NCBI GenBank assembly: GCA_963754315.1
Contig: CAVWFS010000018.1
Location: 832,001-896,000, forward strand
Direction: 5' to 3'
Source of the DNA: an uncultured Candidatus Rokubacteria bacterium
GTDB lineage: Bacteria; Methylomirabilota; Methylomirabilia; Rokubacteriales; CSP1-6
Length of the DNA: 64,000 nucleotides
Shown here piece by piece: positions 41,512 through 50,745 of this stretch (positions are counted from its first letter, which is position 1; each line of letters starts with the position of its first letter). Under the pieces are notes generated by a model. The model was not told the DNA's origin. It saw only the letters and a list, made by a program, of their open reading frames with translations, and did no database searches. Both the position numbers and the translations under genes were made by a program.

Positions 41512-42130
41512 GCCGATCGACATCGTGGAGGGGCTCCTCTTCGCTTCCGATGTGCCGCTGGAGGCGGAACGGATCCGCGAGGTGCTCGACCTCGCGAGCG
41601 TGGCCGATGTCCACGCCTTGATGGCCGCCCTCAAGGAGCGCTACGAGCGCGACGAGCATGCGCTCGAGGTGACGGAGGTGGGCGGGGGCTATCGCATGGT
41701 CACCCGGCCCGCCCTCGCCCCGTGGCTCGTGCGTCTGGCGCGGACTCGAACACGGGTACGTCTTTCCCGGGCAGCCCTGGAGGCTCTTGCCATTGTGGCG
41801 TACAAGCAACCAGTATCGCGGCCCGAGATCGACGGGGTACGTGGGGTCAACTCGGAGGGCGTGCTCGACAACCTCCTCGAGCGCCGTCTTGTGCGCATCG
41901 CGGGCCGCAAGGACGCTCCCGGCCGACCCTACCTGTTCGAGACGACACGGGAGTTCCTGGTCGCCTTCGGCCTCCGCGATCTCGATGATCTTCCGAAGGT
42001 CGAGGATGAGCTGGTGCTCCCCCAACCCGCGGCAGAAGAGACGGCGACGGGAGCGGAGGCGGGCGATGGCCAAGCTCCGGCTGAACAAGATCCTAGCGCA
42101 GGCGGGTCTGACCTCGCGGCGGGGCGGTGA
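41504..42130 (+). CDS. scpB: Segregation and condensation protein B
   Basis: EGLLFAS, LSRAALEALAIVAYKQP, RGVNS, PGRP, FGLRDLDDLP. Confidence 0.94.
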   Translation: MPEPIDIVEGLLFASDVPLEAERIREVLDLASVADVHALMAALKERYERDEHALEVTEVGGGYRMVTRPALAPWLVRLARTRTRVRLSRAALEALAIVAYKQPVSRPEIDGVRGVNSEGVLDNLLERRLVRIAGRKDAPGRPYLFETTREFLVAFGLRDLDDLPKVEDELVLPQPAAEETATGAEAGDGQAPAEQDPSAGGSDLAAGR

Positions 42131-42785
42131 CCGTCTGATTCTCGAGGGTCGCGTGGCGGTGAACGGCACCGTCACGCGAGAGCCGGGCACGTTGGCCGAG
42201 CCGGGCACTGACCTGATCACCGTCGACGGTCGTCCGCTCCCGGCCCCAGAGACCCTGCACTATGTGCTCTTGCACAAGCCGCGCGGTTACCTCGCCACGC
42301 GCCGCGATCCCCGCGGCCGCCCTGTGGTCACGGACCTGGTCGGGGCACCCGTACGCCTCTATCCCGTGGGTCGGCTCGACTACGACGTCGAAGGAGTGCT
42401 CCTCTTGACCAACGACGGGCCGCTGACCCATCGTCTTCTCCACCCCAAGTATCAGATCACGAGGGTCTACGAAGCCACCGTGCGTGGCCGGGTGACCGCT
42501 GGGGAGGCTCGACGGTGGTCGCGCGGGGTGATGCTCGAGGACGGTCCCGCCCGACCTACCGACGTACAGATCCTCAAGACGGCTACCGAGACGAGCCGGT
42601 TGCGTCTGACCTTTACCGAGGGCCGCAAGCACGAGATCAAGCGGTACTGCGAAGCACTCGGCCATCCCGTTGTGCTACTGCGCCGTGTCGCGTTTGGACC
42701 GATCCGGCTCGGTAACTTGCCGGCCGGCCGGAGCCGCTCGCTGACCGGAGCCGAGATCCGTTCGTTGCGGGCGGCCGTCGTTTGA
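42066..42785 (+). CDS. rluB: 23S rRNA pseudouridine synthase (RluB/RsuA family)
   Basis: S4 domain RLNKILAQAG..SRR, HKPRG, VGRLDYD, LLLTNDG, EGRKHEI. Confidence 0.88.
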   Translation: MAKLRLNKILAQAGLTSRRGGDRLILEGRVAVNGTVTREPGTLAEPGTDLITVDGRPLPAPETLHYVLLHKPRGYLATRRDPRGRPVVTDLVGAPVRLYPVGRLDYDVEGVLLLTNDGPLTHRLLHPKYQITRVYEATVRGRVTAGEARRWSRGVMLEDGPARPTDVQILKTATETSRLRLTFTEGRKHEIKRYCEALGHPVVLLRRVAFGPIRLGNLPAGRSRSLTGAEIRSLRAAVV

Positions 42786-42812
42786 CATGGGTGTGGATGG
42801 TTTGCCTATAAT
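42782..42812 (+). promoter_or_regulatory. Putative sigma70 promoter of pheA-hisC-tyrA-cmk
   Basis: Consensus TTGACA (42782-42787) and TATAAT (42807-42812), 19-nt spacer. Confidence 0.6.
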
Positions 42813-42848
42813 GCGTGGTCCGCGAGAGCGACCGCGGCGGGAGTCTCT

Positions 42849-43910
42849 ATGAACCTGGGCGATTGGCGCTCCAGGATTGACGACCTAGACGACCAGATCC
42901 TCAGCCTTCTCAACCAGCGCGCCGAGGCCGCCCTCCGCATCGGAGACCTCAAACGACGGCAGGACGCGCCGTCGTATGTTCCCGAGCGCGAGGCCGAGAT
43001 CCTCCGCCGGCTAGCCGCGCAGAATCCCGGGCCCCTCGGCGCCGATGCCGTACGGGCCATCTGGCGGGAGATCCTGTCGGGGTGCCTCGCCCTCGAAGCC
43101 CCGCTCACGATCGCGTACCTTGGCCCTCCCGCTACCTTCACCCACCAGGCCGCCCTTCAGCGCTTCGGGTCGTCGGTACGATATCGGCCGATCCGCAATA
43201 CCGCGGAGGTGTTCGACGAGGTCGAGCGCGGCCGCGCCCAGTACGGTGTCGTCCCCGTGGAAAACACCACGGGAGGGGCCGTCGACGTAACGCTCGACCG
43301 GCTCACCGATTCGAACGTCATGATCTGCGGTGAACTGACCCTCGACATTGCCCAGTACCTGCTCTCCCAGGCTGCCGATCTGGCAGAGGTCAAGCGCGTG
43401 CTGTCCCACCCCCAGGGATTGGCCCAGTGCCGCGAGTGGCTTGGCGCCAACCTGGCGGACGTGGTGCGTGAAGAAGTGGCCTCCACGGCGCTGGCGGTCG
43501 AGATTGCCGCCAGCGACCGCACGGTGGCGGCCATCGCCTCCGAGCTGGCGGGGCGGGTCTACGGTGTTCCTGTGCTGCGCGCCCGCATCGAGGACAATCA
43601 GCACAACTCGACCCGTTTCCTCGTCATCGGCCTCTCGCCGGCCGGCCCCACCGGCCGCGACAAGACGTCGATCCTCTTCGCCATGCGCAACGAGCCGGGT
43701 ACCTTGCACGGGATCCTGGCGCCGCTGGCGCGGTTGGGGATCAATCTCACCAAGATCGAGTCCCGGCCCGCCAAAGGTCGTCCGTGGGAGTACGTCATCT
43801 TTGTCGATGTCGAGGGGCACCGTGAATCTTCGGCAGTGGCGAGCGCCTTGGCCGAGATCGCCGAGCGTACCTTGTTTCTGAAAGTCCTCGGATCGTACCC
43901 GGCGGCATAA
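42849..43910 (+). CDS. pheA: Chorismate mutase / prephenate dehydratase (P-protein)
   Basis: N-terminal CM domain, YLGPPATFT, VPVEN, SHPQ, NSTRF, TKIESRP ACT domain. Confidence 0.96.
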   Translation: MNLGDWRSRIDDLDDQILSLLNQRAEAALRIGDLKRRQDAPSYVPEREAEILRRLAAQNPGPLGADAVRAIWREILSGCLALEAPLTIAYLGPPATFTHQAALQRFGSSVRYRPIRNTAEVFDEVERGRAQYGVVPVENTTGGAVDVTLDRLTDSNVMICGELTLDIAQYLLSQAADLAEVKRVLSHPQGLAQCREWLGANLADVVREEVASTALAVEIAASDRTVAAIASELAGRVYGVPVLRARIEDNQHNSTRFLVIGLSPAGPTGRDKTSILFAMRNEPGTLHGILAPLARLGINLTKIESRPAKGRPWEYVIFVDVEGHRESSAVASALAEIAERTLFLKVLGSYPAA

Positions 43911-43920
43911 GGAGAGAGCA

Positions 43921-45033
43921 TTGAACACGCAGTGGGAGTCGCTCGCCAACGAACACATCCTGGGGATCGAGCCCTACGAGCCCGGCAAGCCCATTGAGGA
44001 GCTCGAGCGTGAGCTGGGAATCCACGATGCCATCAAGCTGGCCTCGAACGAAAATCCACTCCCGCCGTCCGCTCGTGTGCAGAAGGCGATCGAGGCCGCC
44101 ATCCCCCAGCTCAACCGCTATCCAGACGGGAGCGGGTTCTACCTGCGCCAGGCGCTCGCCAAGAAGCACGGGGTGACTGCCGAGCAGATCGTGATCGGCA
44201 GCGGGTCCAACGAGCTGATCGAGCTTGTCGTGCACACCTTCGTCAAACCTGGCGACGAGGCCGTCGTCCCCCATCCGTCGTACGTCGTGTACCCGATGGT
44301 CGTGCAGGCGGCGGGGGGCATCCGGGTCATGGTCATGCTGAAGGACTACCGCCTCGACCTGGAGGCGATGGCTCGAGCCGTCACCCCCACCACCAAGCTC
44401 GTGTTCGTCGCCAATCCGAACAATCCCACGGCCACGATCGTCACCGCGGACGAGGTGGAGCGGTTCATGGCGCGCGTTCCGGACCGCACCATCGTTGCTT
44501 TTGACGAGGCCTACATGGAGTTCGCTCTCGGCCCCGACTTCCCTGACACCCTCAACTACGTCAAGCAGGGCCGCAAGGTGGTCGTACTGCGGACCTTCTC
44601 GAAGGCGGCAAGCTTGGCCGGGCTCCGGGTCGGTTACGGTGTCGCCGATGCCGACGCGGTCGCTCTGATGAACCGAATCCGCCAGCCGTTCAACGTGAAT
44701 GCGCTGGCACAGGTGGCGGCGCTGGCGGCCCTGGACGACGAAGCCCACACGCTCGAGTGTGTGCGCATGATCGAGGCGGGTCGCCACTTCCTCTACGACG
44801 GATTCCAGACGCTCGGCCTTCGCTACGTCCCTTCCCGGGCCAACTTCGTGCTGGTTGACGTGGGCAGAAACGCGGGAACCTTCTTCAAGAAGCTATTGCG
44901 GGAGGGTGTCATCGTCCGTCCCATGACCTCGTTCGGGATGGAGACCACTCTGCGGGTGAGCGTGGGGACTCCTGAAGAGAATCGTCGCCTGATCAAGGCC
45001 CTGCAGGTGGTGCTGGCGGCCGGCGCGAAGTGA
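43921..45033 (+). CDS. hisC: Histidinol-phosphate / aromatic aminotransferase
   Basis: YEPGKP, KLASNENP, NPNNPT, DEAY, RTFSKA..LAGLRVGY; TTG start with SD AAGGAG. Confidence 0.94.
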   Translation: MNTQWESLANEHILGIEPYEPGKPIEELERELGIHDAIKLASNENPLPPSARVQKAIEAAIPQLNRYPDGSGFYLRQALAKKHGVTAEQIVIGSGSNELIELVVHTFVKPGDEAVVPHPSYVVYPMVVQAAGGIRVMVMLKDYRLDLEAMARAVTPTTKLVFVANPNNPTATIVTADEVERFMARVPDRTIVAFDEAYMEFALGPDFPDTLNYVKQGRKVVVLRTFSKAASLAGLRVGYGVADADAVALMNRIRQPFNVNALAQVAALAALDDEAHTLECVRMIEAGRHFLYDGFQTLGLRYVPSRANFVLVDVGRNAGTFFKKLLREGVIVRPMTSFGMETTLRVSVGTPEENRRLIKALQVVLAAGAK

Positions 45034-45878
45034 TCCCTCGTCTCGTCATCGTCGGGGTCGGGCTCCTCGGTGGCTCCGTCGCCAAAGCGGCGCGGGCCCG
45101 TGGGCTGGCGCGTACGATCGTGGGGGTGGGGCGTGACCAGACACGACTGGCCGATGCCCTCCACGACGGCGCGCTCGATCAGGCCACCACGGACCTGTCG
45201 GTCGGTCTGCGCGGGGCGGACCTGGTGGTGCTCGCCGCGCCGGTGCTCACCATCGAGCGGCTGCTCGGGTCGGTAGCGTCCGCTGTCGGCCCGGAGACGC
45301 TGGTGACCGACGTCGGGAGTACGAAGGGGAGCATCGTGCGCGCGGCGGACACTCTGGCGACTTCACGACCGTTCACCTTCGTGGGGAGTCATCCGATGGC
45401 CGGCTCGGAGCGCGCCGGCTATGCGGTGGCGCGGGCCGACCTCTTCCAGGGGGCCACCGTGATCGTCACCCCGACCGACGCGACGATCCCCCGCGCGACG
45501 AAAGAGGTCAGCGCCTTGTGGGAGGGGCTGGGGGCACGGGTGAGCCACCTGGACCCCGGCACCCACGACCGAGTGGTTGCGGCCATCAGTCATCTTCCCC
45601 ACTTGGCCGCCTTCGCCCTCGTGGCGGGAGCCCACCGCTTCGAGCCGCCGGCCCTCGGTTTCGCCGCGCGTGGCTTCCGTGACACGACGCGGGTGGCGGC
45701 CTCGGATCCTGTAGTCTGGCAGGAAATCTTCCACGGTAACCGCGCGGCGTTGCTGGCCAGCCTCCGGAGCTTTCGGGATATGCTCGACGAAGTTGAGCGC
45801 CTGGTGGTGGCCGACGATGTCGGTGCGCTCCAGGCGTGGCTGGCCGAGGTCAAGGCGCTCCGCGAGACTGTCCAATGA
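45030..45878 (+). CDS. tyrA: Prephenate/arogenate dehydrogenase
   Basis: GVGLLGGS, TDVGSTK, HPMAGSE, HD...SHLPH, GFRDTTRVA. Confidence 0.93.
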   Translation: MIPRLVIVGVGLLGGSVAKAARARGLARTIVGVGRDQTRLADALHDGALDQATTDLSVGLRGADLVVLAAPVLTIERLLGSVASAVGPETLVTDVGSTKGSIVRAADTLATSRPFTFVGSHPMAGSERAGYAVARADLFQGATVIVTPTDATIPRATKEVSALWEGLGARVSHLDPGTHDRVVAAISHLPHLAAFALVAGAHRFEPPALGFAARGFRDTTRVAASDPVVWQEIFHGNRAALLASLRSFRDMLDEVERLVVADDVGALQAWLAEVKALRETVQ

Positions 45879-46555
45879 GTGAGCGCGAGCCAGTGGTGAC
45901 CATCGACGGGCCCGCCGGAGCGGGCAAGAGCACGGCGGCGCGCGCGCTCGCGGAGCGCCTCGGGTATCGGTTCCTCGACACGGGGAGCATGTACCGTGCG
46001 GTGGCCTGGAGCGTGGCCAGCGACGGAGTCCCTCCGGTGGATGGTCCGGCCCTGCGCCACCATCTCGCCCGCCTCACAATCGCGCTGGACGGTGGCCGCA
46101 TTCGGGTGAGTGGCCGTGACGTGACGGACGAGATTCGCACACCTGAGATCAGCGAGCTCACGTCGCGTCTGACCATGTTGGCTGTCGTGCGTGACAAGGT
46201 CACACCGCTGCAACGGGCGCTCGCCGCCCCCGGTGGGGTGGTTCTGGAGGGGCGCGACACCGGCACCGTGGTGTGCCCAGATGCGGACGTGAAGTTCTAC
46301 CTCGACGCCTCGCTGGAGACGCGAGCGCTGCGCCGACAGTCCGAGCTGCAAGCGCGTGGCCTGAGGGTGGGGCTTGAGGCGGTCCGCGAGCAGGTCCGCG
46401 CCCGCGACCGGCAAGACAGCGAACGGGAATTGGCCCCGCTGCGCTGCGCTCCCGACGCCATCCGGCTCGACACCAGCGCGCTCACGGCGGCACAGGTGGT
46501 GGAGATCATGACGCAGGCCGTAGAAAGGCGACGAATGTGCTGTACGAGTTCCTGA
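45875..46555 (+). CDS. cmk: Cytidylate kinase
   Basis: IDGPAGAGKST, DTGSMYR, EGRDTGTVV, RDRQDSER. Confidence 0.96.
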   Translation: MSEREPVVTIDGPAGAGKSTAARALAERLGYRFLDTGSMYRAVAWSVASDGVPPVDGPALRHHLARLTIALDGGRIRVSGRDVTDEIRTPEISELTSRLTMLAVVRDKVTPLQRALAAPGGVVLEGRDTGTVVCPDADVKFYLDASLETRALRRQSELQARGLRVGLEAVREQVRARDRQDSERELAPLRCAPDAIRLDTSALTAAQVVEIMTQAVERRRMCCTSS

Positions 46556-47238
46556 AGCCATTCGCCGTCTTGCTGATGCGATGGATGTTCGGCCTCACCA
46601 GCGTGGGGCGGCACCACGTGCCCGCCACCGGACCGGTCCTGGTGGTATCGAATCACTCGAGTGTTCTCGATCCTGCATTGGTCGGAGGCGCCGCTGCGCG
46701 GCAACTCTCCTTCCTCGCCAAGGCGGAGCTGTTCGAGATCCCGGGATTCGGGCGGCTCATCCGGGGCCTCAACGCGCGGCCGCTCAGGCGGGAGGGCGCC
46801 GACGCCTCGGCTTTACGCGAAGCTCTGCGCATACTGAAGGAGGGGCGGGCGCTCCTCGTTTTTCCGGAGGGGACGCGGGGGCCAGAGGGGGAGCTGCGCG
46901 CCCCCAAGGCAGGAGCGGGGATGCTGGCCGTGCTGAGCGGCGCTCCGGTGGTGCCGGTCTACATCAGCGGATCAGGTGAGGCGTGGCCTCGGGGCCGTCG
47001 CTTCCCGCGACGGAGCCGGGTGACGGTTACCTTCGGCGCCCCGCTGGTCTTCGCGGCGGATGAGCTGACGGCGCGAAAGGAACGCTATGCGGAGGCCACC
47101 CAGGCCATGATGCGTGCCATCGCGCGCCTGCGCGATCAAGTCATCGGCACCGCCCCGGCAGACCGGTTACCATTGGAGCACGTCCAGGCGACGGGCGGGG
47201 CGGGCGCGGCGGCCCAGAGCCCGACCCACAATACCTAG
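46537..47238 (+). CDS. plsC: 1-acyl-sn-glycerol-3-phosphate acyltransferase
   Basis: NHSSVLD, FLAKAEL, FPEGTR, PVVPV. Confidence 0.9.
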   Translation: MLYEFLKPFAVLLMRWMFGLTSVGRHHVPATGPVLVVSNHSSVLDPALVGGAAARQLSFLAKAELFEIPGFGRLIRGLNARPLRREGADASALREALRILKEGRALLVFPEGTRGPEGELRAPKAGAGMLAVLSGAPVVPVYISGSGEAWPRGRRFPRRSRVTVTFGAPLVFAADELTARKERYAEATQAMMRAIARLRDQVIGTAPADRLPLEHVQATGGAGAAAQSPTHNT

Positions 47239-47254
47239 GGGAGGAAGCAGCGGT

Positions 47255-48973
47255 ATGGAGAAGGACGAGACTGGCGCCCGTCCGGGCGCGGCGCGAAAGG
47301 AGGTGGCCCGAGAGGCCGAGGAGCGCATGGAGGATTGGTACCGGGAAGGGGCCACCACCGAGGTCGAAGAGGGCGAGGTCGTGCGCGGCCGCGTCGTTCA
47401 TATCGGGACGAGCGAGGTCCTCGTTGACGTCGGGTACAAGAGCGAAGGGGCCATTCCCATCGACGAGTTCCATCGAAGCGGCTCGTTGCCTCGGGTCGGC
47501 GACGAGATCGAGGTCTATCTCGAGGCCAAGGAAGACGCCGAGGGCTTGATCGTCCTCTCCAAGGACAAGGCCGACAAGATCAAGGTCTGGGACGCCGTCA
47601 CCCGCGCCTACGAACGCGGCGCGCCCGTCGAAGGCCGGATCGTGGAGGTCGTGAAGGGGGGCCTGGCGGTGGACGTCGGGGTAAAAGCGTTCCTTCCCGG
47701 CTCCCAGGTGGATCTGCGTCCGATCAAGAATCTCGGCTCCATGCTGGGCCAGACGATCCGGGCCAAGGTCATCAAGCTGAATCGCCGCCGGGGCAACGTG
47801 GTGCTGTCTCGGCGAACCCTCCTGGAGGAGGAGCGCGACGAGAAGAAGAAGCACACGCTCGAGGTCCTGGCCGAGGGGATGGCGATGACGGGCGTGGTCA
47901 AGAACCTGACTGACTACGGGGCCTTCGTCGACCTCGGCGGGATCGACGGTCTGCTGCATGTGACCGACATGTCGTGGGGTCGGGTCGGGCACCCGTCGGA
48001 AATCTTCCAGATCGGCGATCAGATCGAGGTGGTCGTGCTCCACTTCGATCGCGACACGGGTCGGGTGTCGCTCGGGTATAAGCAGAAATCGTCCGATCCA
48101 TGGGAGCGTGTGGAACAGACGTACCCACCCGGGACCAAGATTCACGGGCGCGTGGTGAGCCTCACCAACTACGGCGCCTTCGTGGAACTCGAGCCGGGGG
48201 TGGAGGGTCTCGTCCACGTGTCCGAGATGTCATGGACCCGCCGCGTGCGCCACCCCTCGAAGATCGTCAACGTCGGTGACGAGATCGACGTGGTCGTGCT
48301 CGAAGTCAACAAGCAGGCCAAGCGGATCTCGCTCGGGATGAAACAGGTCGAGGCCGATCCCTGGGAGACGATCGACGAGCGCTACCGGCCCGGCGAGCGG
48401 ATCATGGGCAAGGTGCGCAACCTCACGGACTTCGGGGCCTTCGTGGAACTAGAGGCGGGGGTCGACGGGTTGTTGCATATCTCCGACATGTCCTGGACCC
48501 GCAACGTCGGCCACCCGTCGGAGATCCTCAAGAAGGGCCAAGACATCGAGACCCAAATCCTCAACGTCGATCGCGACAACAAGCGCATCAGCCTCGGGCT
48601 CAAGCAGATCCAGCCCGATCCGTGGGCCACCGTCGCCCAGCGCTACCCGATGGGCTCCCGGGTGATCGGGAAAGTCGTCCGGTTGACGGACTTTGGCGCT
48701 TTCGTGGAGCTGGAGCCGGGTGTCGATGGGCTCCTGCACATCTCGCAGATGTCCGGTCGCACGATTACTCGGCCCGACGAACTGGTGACGGTGGGCGACG
48801 AGTTGACCTTGTTGGTCATCCGCGTCGATCCCCACGAGCGCCGCATCGGGCTCAGCTTGAAAGAGCTCGCGCATGCGATCGAGCCGCCGCGCGAGATCGA
48901 CGACCGCGGTCAGGGCCGCCGTGGACGACGAGGCAAGCAGCGGGACGACTACGACTACGACGACGAGAACTAG
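47255..48973 (+). CDS. rpsA: 30S ribosomal protein S1
   Basis: Six S1 repeats (DVGYKSEG, FLPGSQVD, YGAFVDLGGIDGLLH, etc.); SD GGGAGG. Confidence 0.97.
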   Translation: MEKDETGARPGAARKEVAREAEERMEDWYREGATTEVEEGEVVRGRVVHIGTSEVLVDVGYKSEGAIPIDEFHRSGSLPRVGDEIEVYLEAKEDAEGLIVLSKDKADKIKVWDAVTRAYERGAPVEGRIVEVVKGGLAVDVGVKAFLPGSQVDLRPIKNLGSMLGQTIRAKVIKLNRRRGNVVLSRRTLLEEERDEKKKHTLEVLAEGMAMTGVVKNLTDYGAFVDLGGIDGLLHVTDMSWGRVGHPSEIFQIGDQIEVVVLHFDRDTGRVSLGYKQKSSDPWERVEQTYPPGTKIHGRVVSLTNYGAFVELEPGVEGLVHVSEMSWTRRVRHPSKIVNVGDEIDVVVLEVNKQAKRISLGMKQVEADPWETIDERYRPGERIMGKVRNLTDFGAFVELEAGVDGLLHISDMSWTRNVGHPSEILKKGQDIETQILNVDRDNKRISLGLKQIQPDPWATVAQRYPMGSRVIGKVVRLTDFGAFVELEPGVDGLLHISQMSGRTITRPDELVTVGDELTLLVIRVDPHERRIGLSLKELAHAIEPPREIDDRGQGRRGRRGKQRDDYDYDDEN

Positions 48974-48977
48974 GCCG

Positions 48978-49865
48978 GTGGCGAGGCGGGCGGCCGTCAT
49001 CGGCGTGAGCCTGCTCGTCTACCTCGTCGTCGCCGCGCTCTTCGTGGGGATCCTTCGCTCGTGGACACAGCCGGGGGGCGAAGGCTTTGCCTTCGGGCCA
49101 CGGGTGGCTGTTGTCGAGCTCGAGGGCATCATCGTCGACACCAGTGACCTCGTTCGCGACCTGCAGCAACACCGCACGAATCCGCTGGTGCGGGCGGTGG
49201 TCATCAGGATCAACAGCCCGGGGGGGGTGGTGGCGCCGACTCAGGAGCTGCACACCGCCCTCGTGCGGCTCCGCGAAGCCGGTAAGCCCGTGGTGGCGTC
49301 CTTGGGGGCCGTGGCCGCCTCCGGCGGCTATTACGTGGCGGTGGCCGCCGACCGGATCTACGCGAACCCGGGAACGGTGACTGGCTCCATCGGCGTCATC
49401 ATGCAGATGGCCAATCTCGAGAACCTTTTCAAGAAGGTCGGCGTGGACTGGGTGGTCGTGAAGTCGGGGCAGTTCAAGGACATTGGTAACGTGGCGCGGC
49501 CCATGACCCTGGAGGAGCGCCGCCTCCTGCAGGCGGTGCTCGATGACGTGCATGGGCAGTTCGTGACGGCCATCGCGAACGGGCGAAAGATGGATCAGGC
49601 CCAAGTCGTGACCATGGCAGACGGCCGGATCTTCTCGGGCGCCCAAGCGAAGGCCAACCAGATGATCGACGAGCTCGGTGGCCTGGAGGATGCCTTGAAC
49701 GGCGCCGCTTCGCTGGCTGGCTTGCCGAGTCCGCCTCGCCTTCTGCTTCCCCGGCGCCGTTTTTCGATCTCGGAGTTTATCCGTAACCAGTTCGGGATTC
49801 CCGGGCTGGCCATCCTGCGGCCCGAGTTACCAGTGTTCAAGACCCCCCTTTACCTGATGGATTAA
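48978..49865 (+). CDS. sppA: Signal peptide peptidase SppA (36K type, S49)
   Basis: N-terminal TM, RINSPGG, AASGGYY, TGSIGV, KSGQFKD, DGRIFSG. Confidence 0.93.
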   Translation: MARRAAVIGVSLLVYLVVAALFVGILRSWTQPGGEGFAFGPRVAVVELEGIIVDTSDLVRDLQQHRTNPLVRAVVIRINSPGGVVAPTQELHTALVRLREAGKPVVASLGAVAASGGYYVAVAADRIYANPGTVTGSIGVIMQMANLENLFKKVGVDWVVVKSGQFKDIGNVARPMTLEERRLLQAVLDDVHGQFVTAIANGRKMDQAQVVTMADGRIFSGAQAKANQMIDELGGLEDALNGAASLAGLPSPPRLLLPRRRFSISEFIRNQFGIPGLAILRPELPVFKTPLYLMD

Positions 49866-49899
49866 TCGTCGCGAGCTGTCTCATAAATGCCTGGGAAGT

Positions 49900-49929
49900 T
49901 TGACATTCTTCCTGGCGACATGCTACGGT
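49900..49929 (+). promoter_or_regulatory. Putative sigma70 promoter of ihfB
   Basis: TTGACA-18 nt-TACGGT with extended -10 TG. Confidence 0.55.
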
Positions 49930-49970
49930 CCCTTCGGGTTGTCGCCGATACGGAGGAAACGGAGTGGAAG

Positions 49971-50246
49971 ATGACCAAAGCGGAGTTGATTGACGAAGTT
50001 TCCCGGTTGTCCAATCTGACCAAGAAGGAAACGGAAACGATCGTCAACACTATCTTCGACAACATCACGGATGCCCTTGCGCAAGGCGACAAGGTCGAGC
50101 TTCGGGGGTTCGGGAGCTTCCGGATCCGCCAGCGGAACTCCCGCAAGGGACGGAATCCCAAGACGGGCTCCACGGTCGCCGTGCCCGAAAAGCGCGTCCC
50201 CTTCTTCAAGGTGGGCAAGCGCCTGCGCGAGCTCGTCAACACCTGA
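49971..50246 (+). CDS. ihfB: Integration host factor beta subunit / HU family
   Basis: MTKAELI, KVELRGFGSF, GRNPKTG, PFFKVGKRLRE; rpsA-sppA-ihfB context. Confidence 0.9.
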   Translation: MTKAELIDEVSRLSNLTKKETETIVNTIFDNITDALAQGDKVELRGFGSFRIRQRNSRKGRNPKTGSTVAVPEKRVPFFKVGKRLRELVNT

Positions 50247-50262
50247 TCGGTCGTCTCCAGGA

Positions 50263-50745
50263 GTGGATCGCCTCTGGGCGCCCTGGCGGATGGTGTACCT
50301 GAGTACAGACCCGGCGCCGTCGTCCCCTTGCTTTCTCTGCGACGCTCGAACCGCATCCGATGACCGCGCGGGCCTTGTCTTGGCACGGCGCGGCGGTGCG
50401 TTCCTCGTGCTCAACGCCTATCCCTACGCCGCGGGTCATCTCATGGCCGTGATCAACTCTCACGTGGGCGCCATCGCGCGCGTCGATACCGCAGAGCTGG
50501 AGGACGCGATGGCCCTCGTGCAGCGAGCGACGACGGCGCTCATCGCGGAATACCGTGCCGATGGATTCAATATCGGACTCAACCAGGGGAGGGTGGCGGG
50601 AGCCGGCGTGCCGGATCATCTGCATATCCACGTCGTACCGCGCTGGCAGGGGGACCTCAACTTCATGCCGGTTCTCGGCGAAGTTCGCGTGATGCCCGAG
50701 ACACTCGAGCGCACCTGGGAGCGCCTACGAGGACAGCTTGCCTGA
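50263..50745 (+). CDS. HIT family nucleotide hydrolase/phosphorylase
   Basis: LWAPWR, CFLC, LNAYPY..GHL, AGAG, HLHIHVVPR histidine triad. Confidence 0.92.
   Translation: MDRLWAPWRMVYLSTDPAPSSPCFLCDARTASDDRAGLVLARRGGAFLVLNAYPYAAGHLMAVINSHVGAIARVDTAELEDAMALVQRATTALIAEYRADGFNIGLNQGRVAGAGVPDHLHIHVVPRWQGDLNFMPVLGEVRVMPETLERTWERLRGQLA

Noticed and set aside
47255..48973. Internal DNA repeats (GGCGCCTTCGTGGA and similar)
   Set aside because: S1 domain repeats of rpsA, not a CRISPR array or mobile repeat
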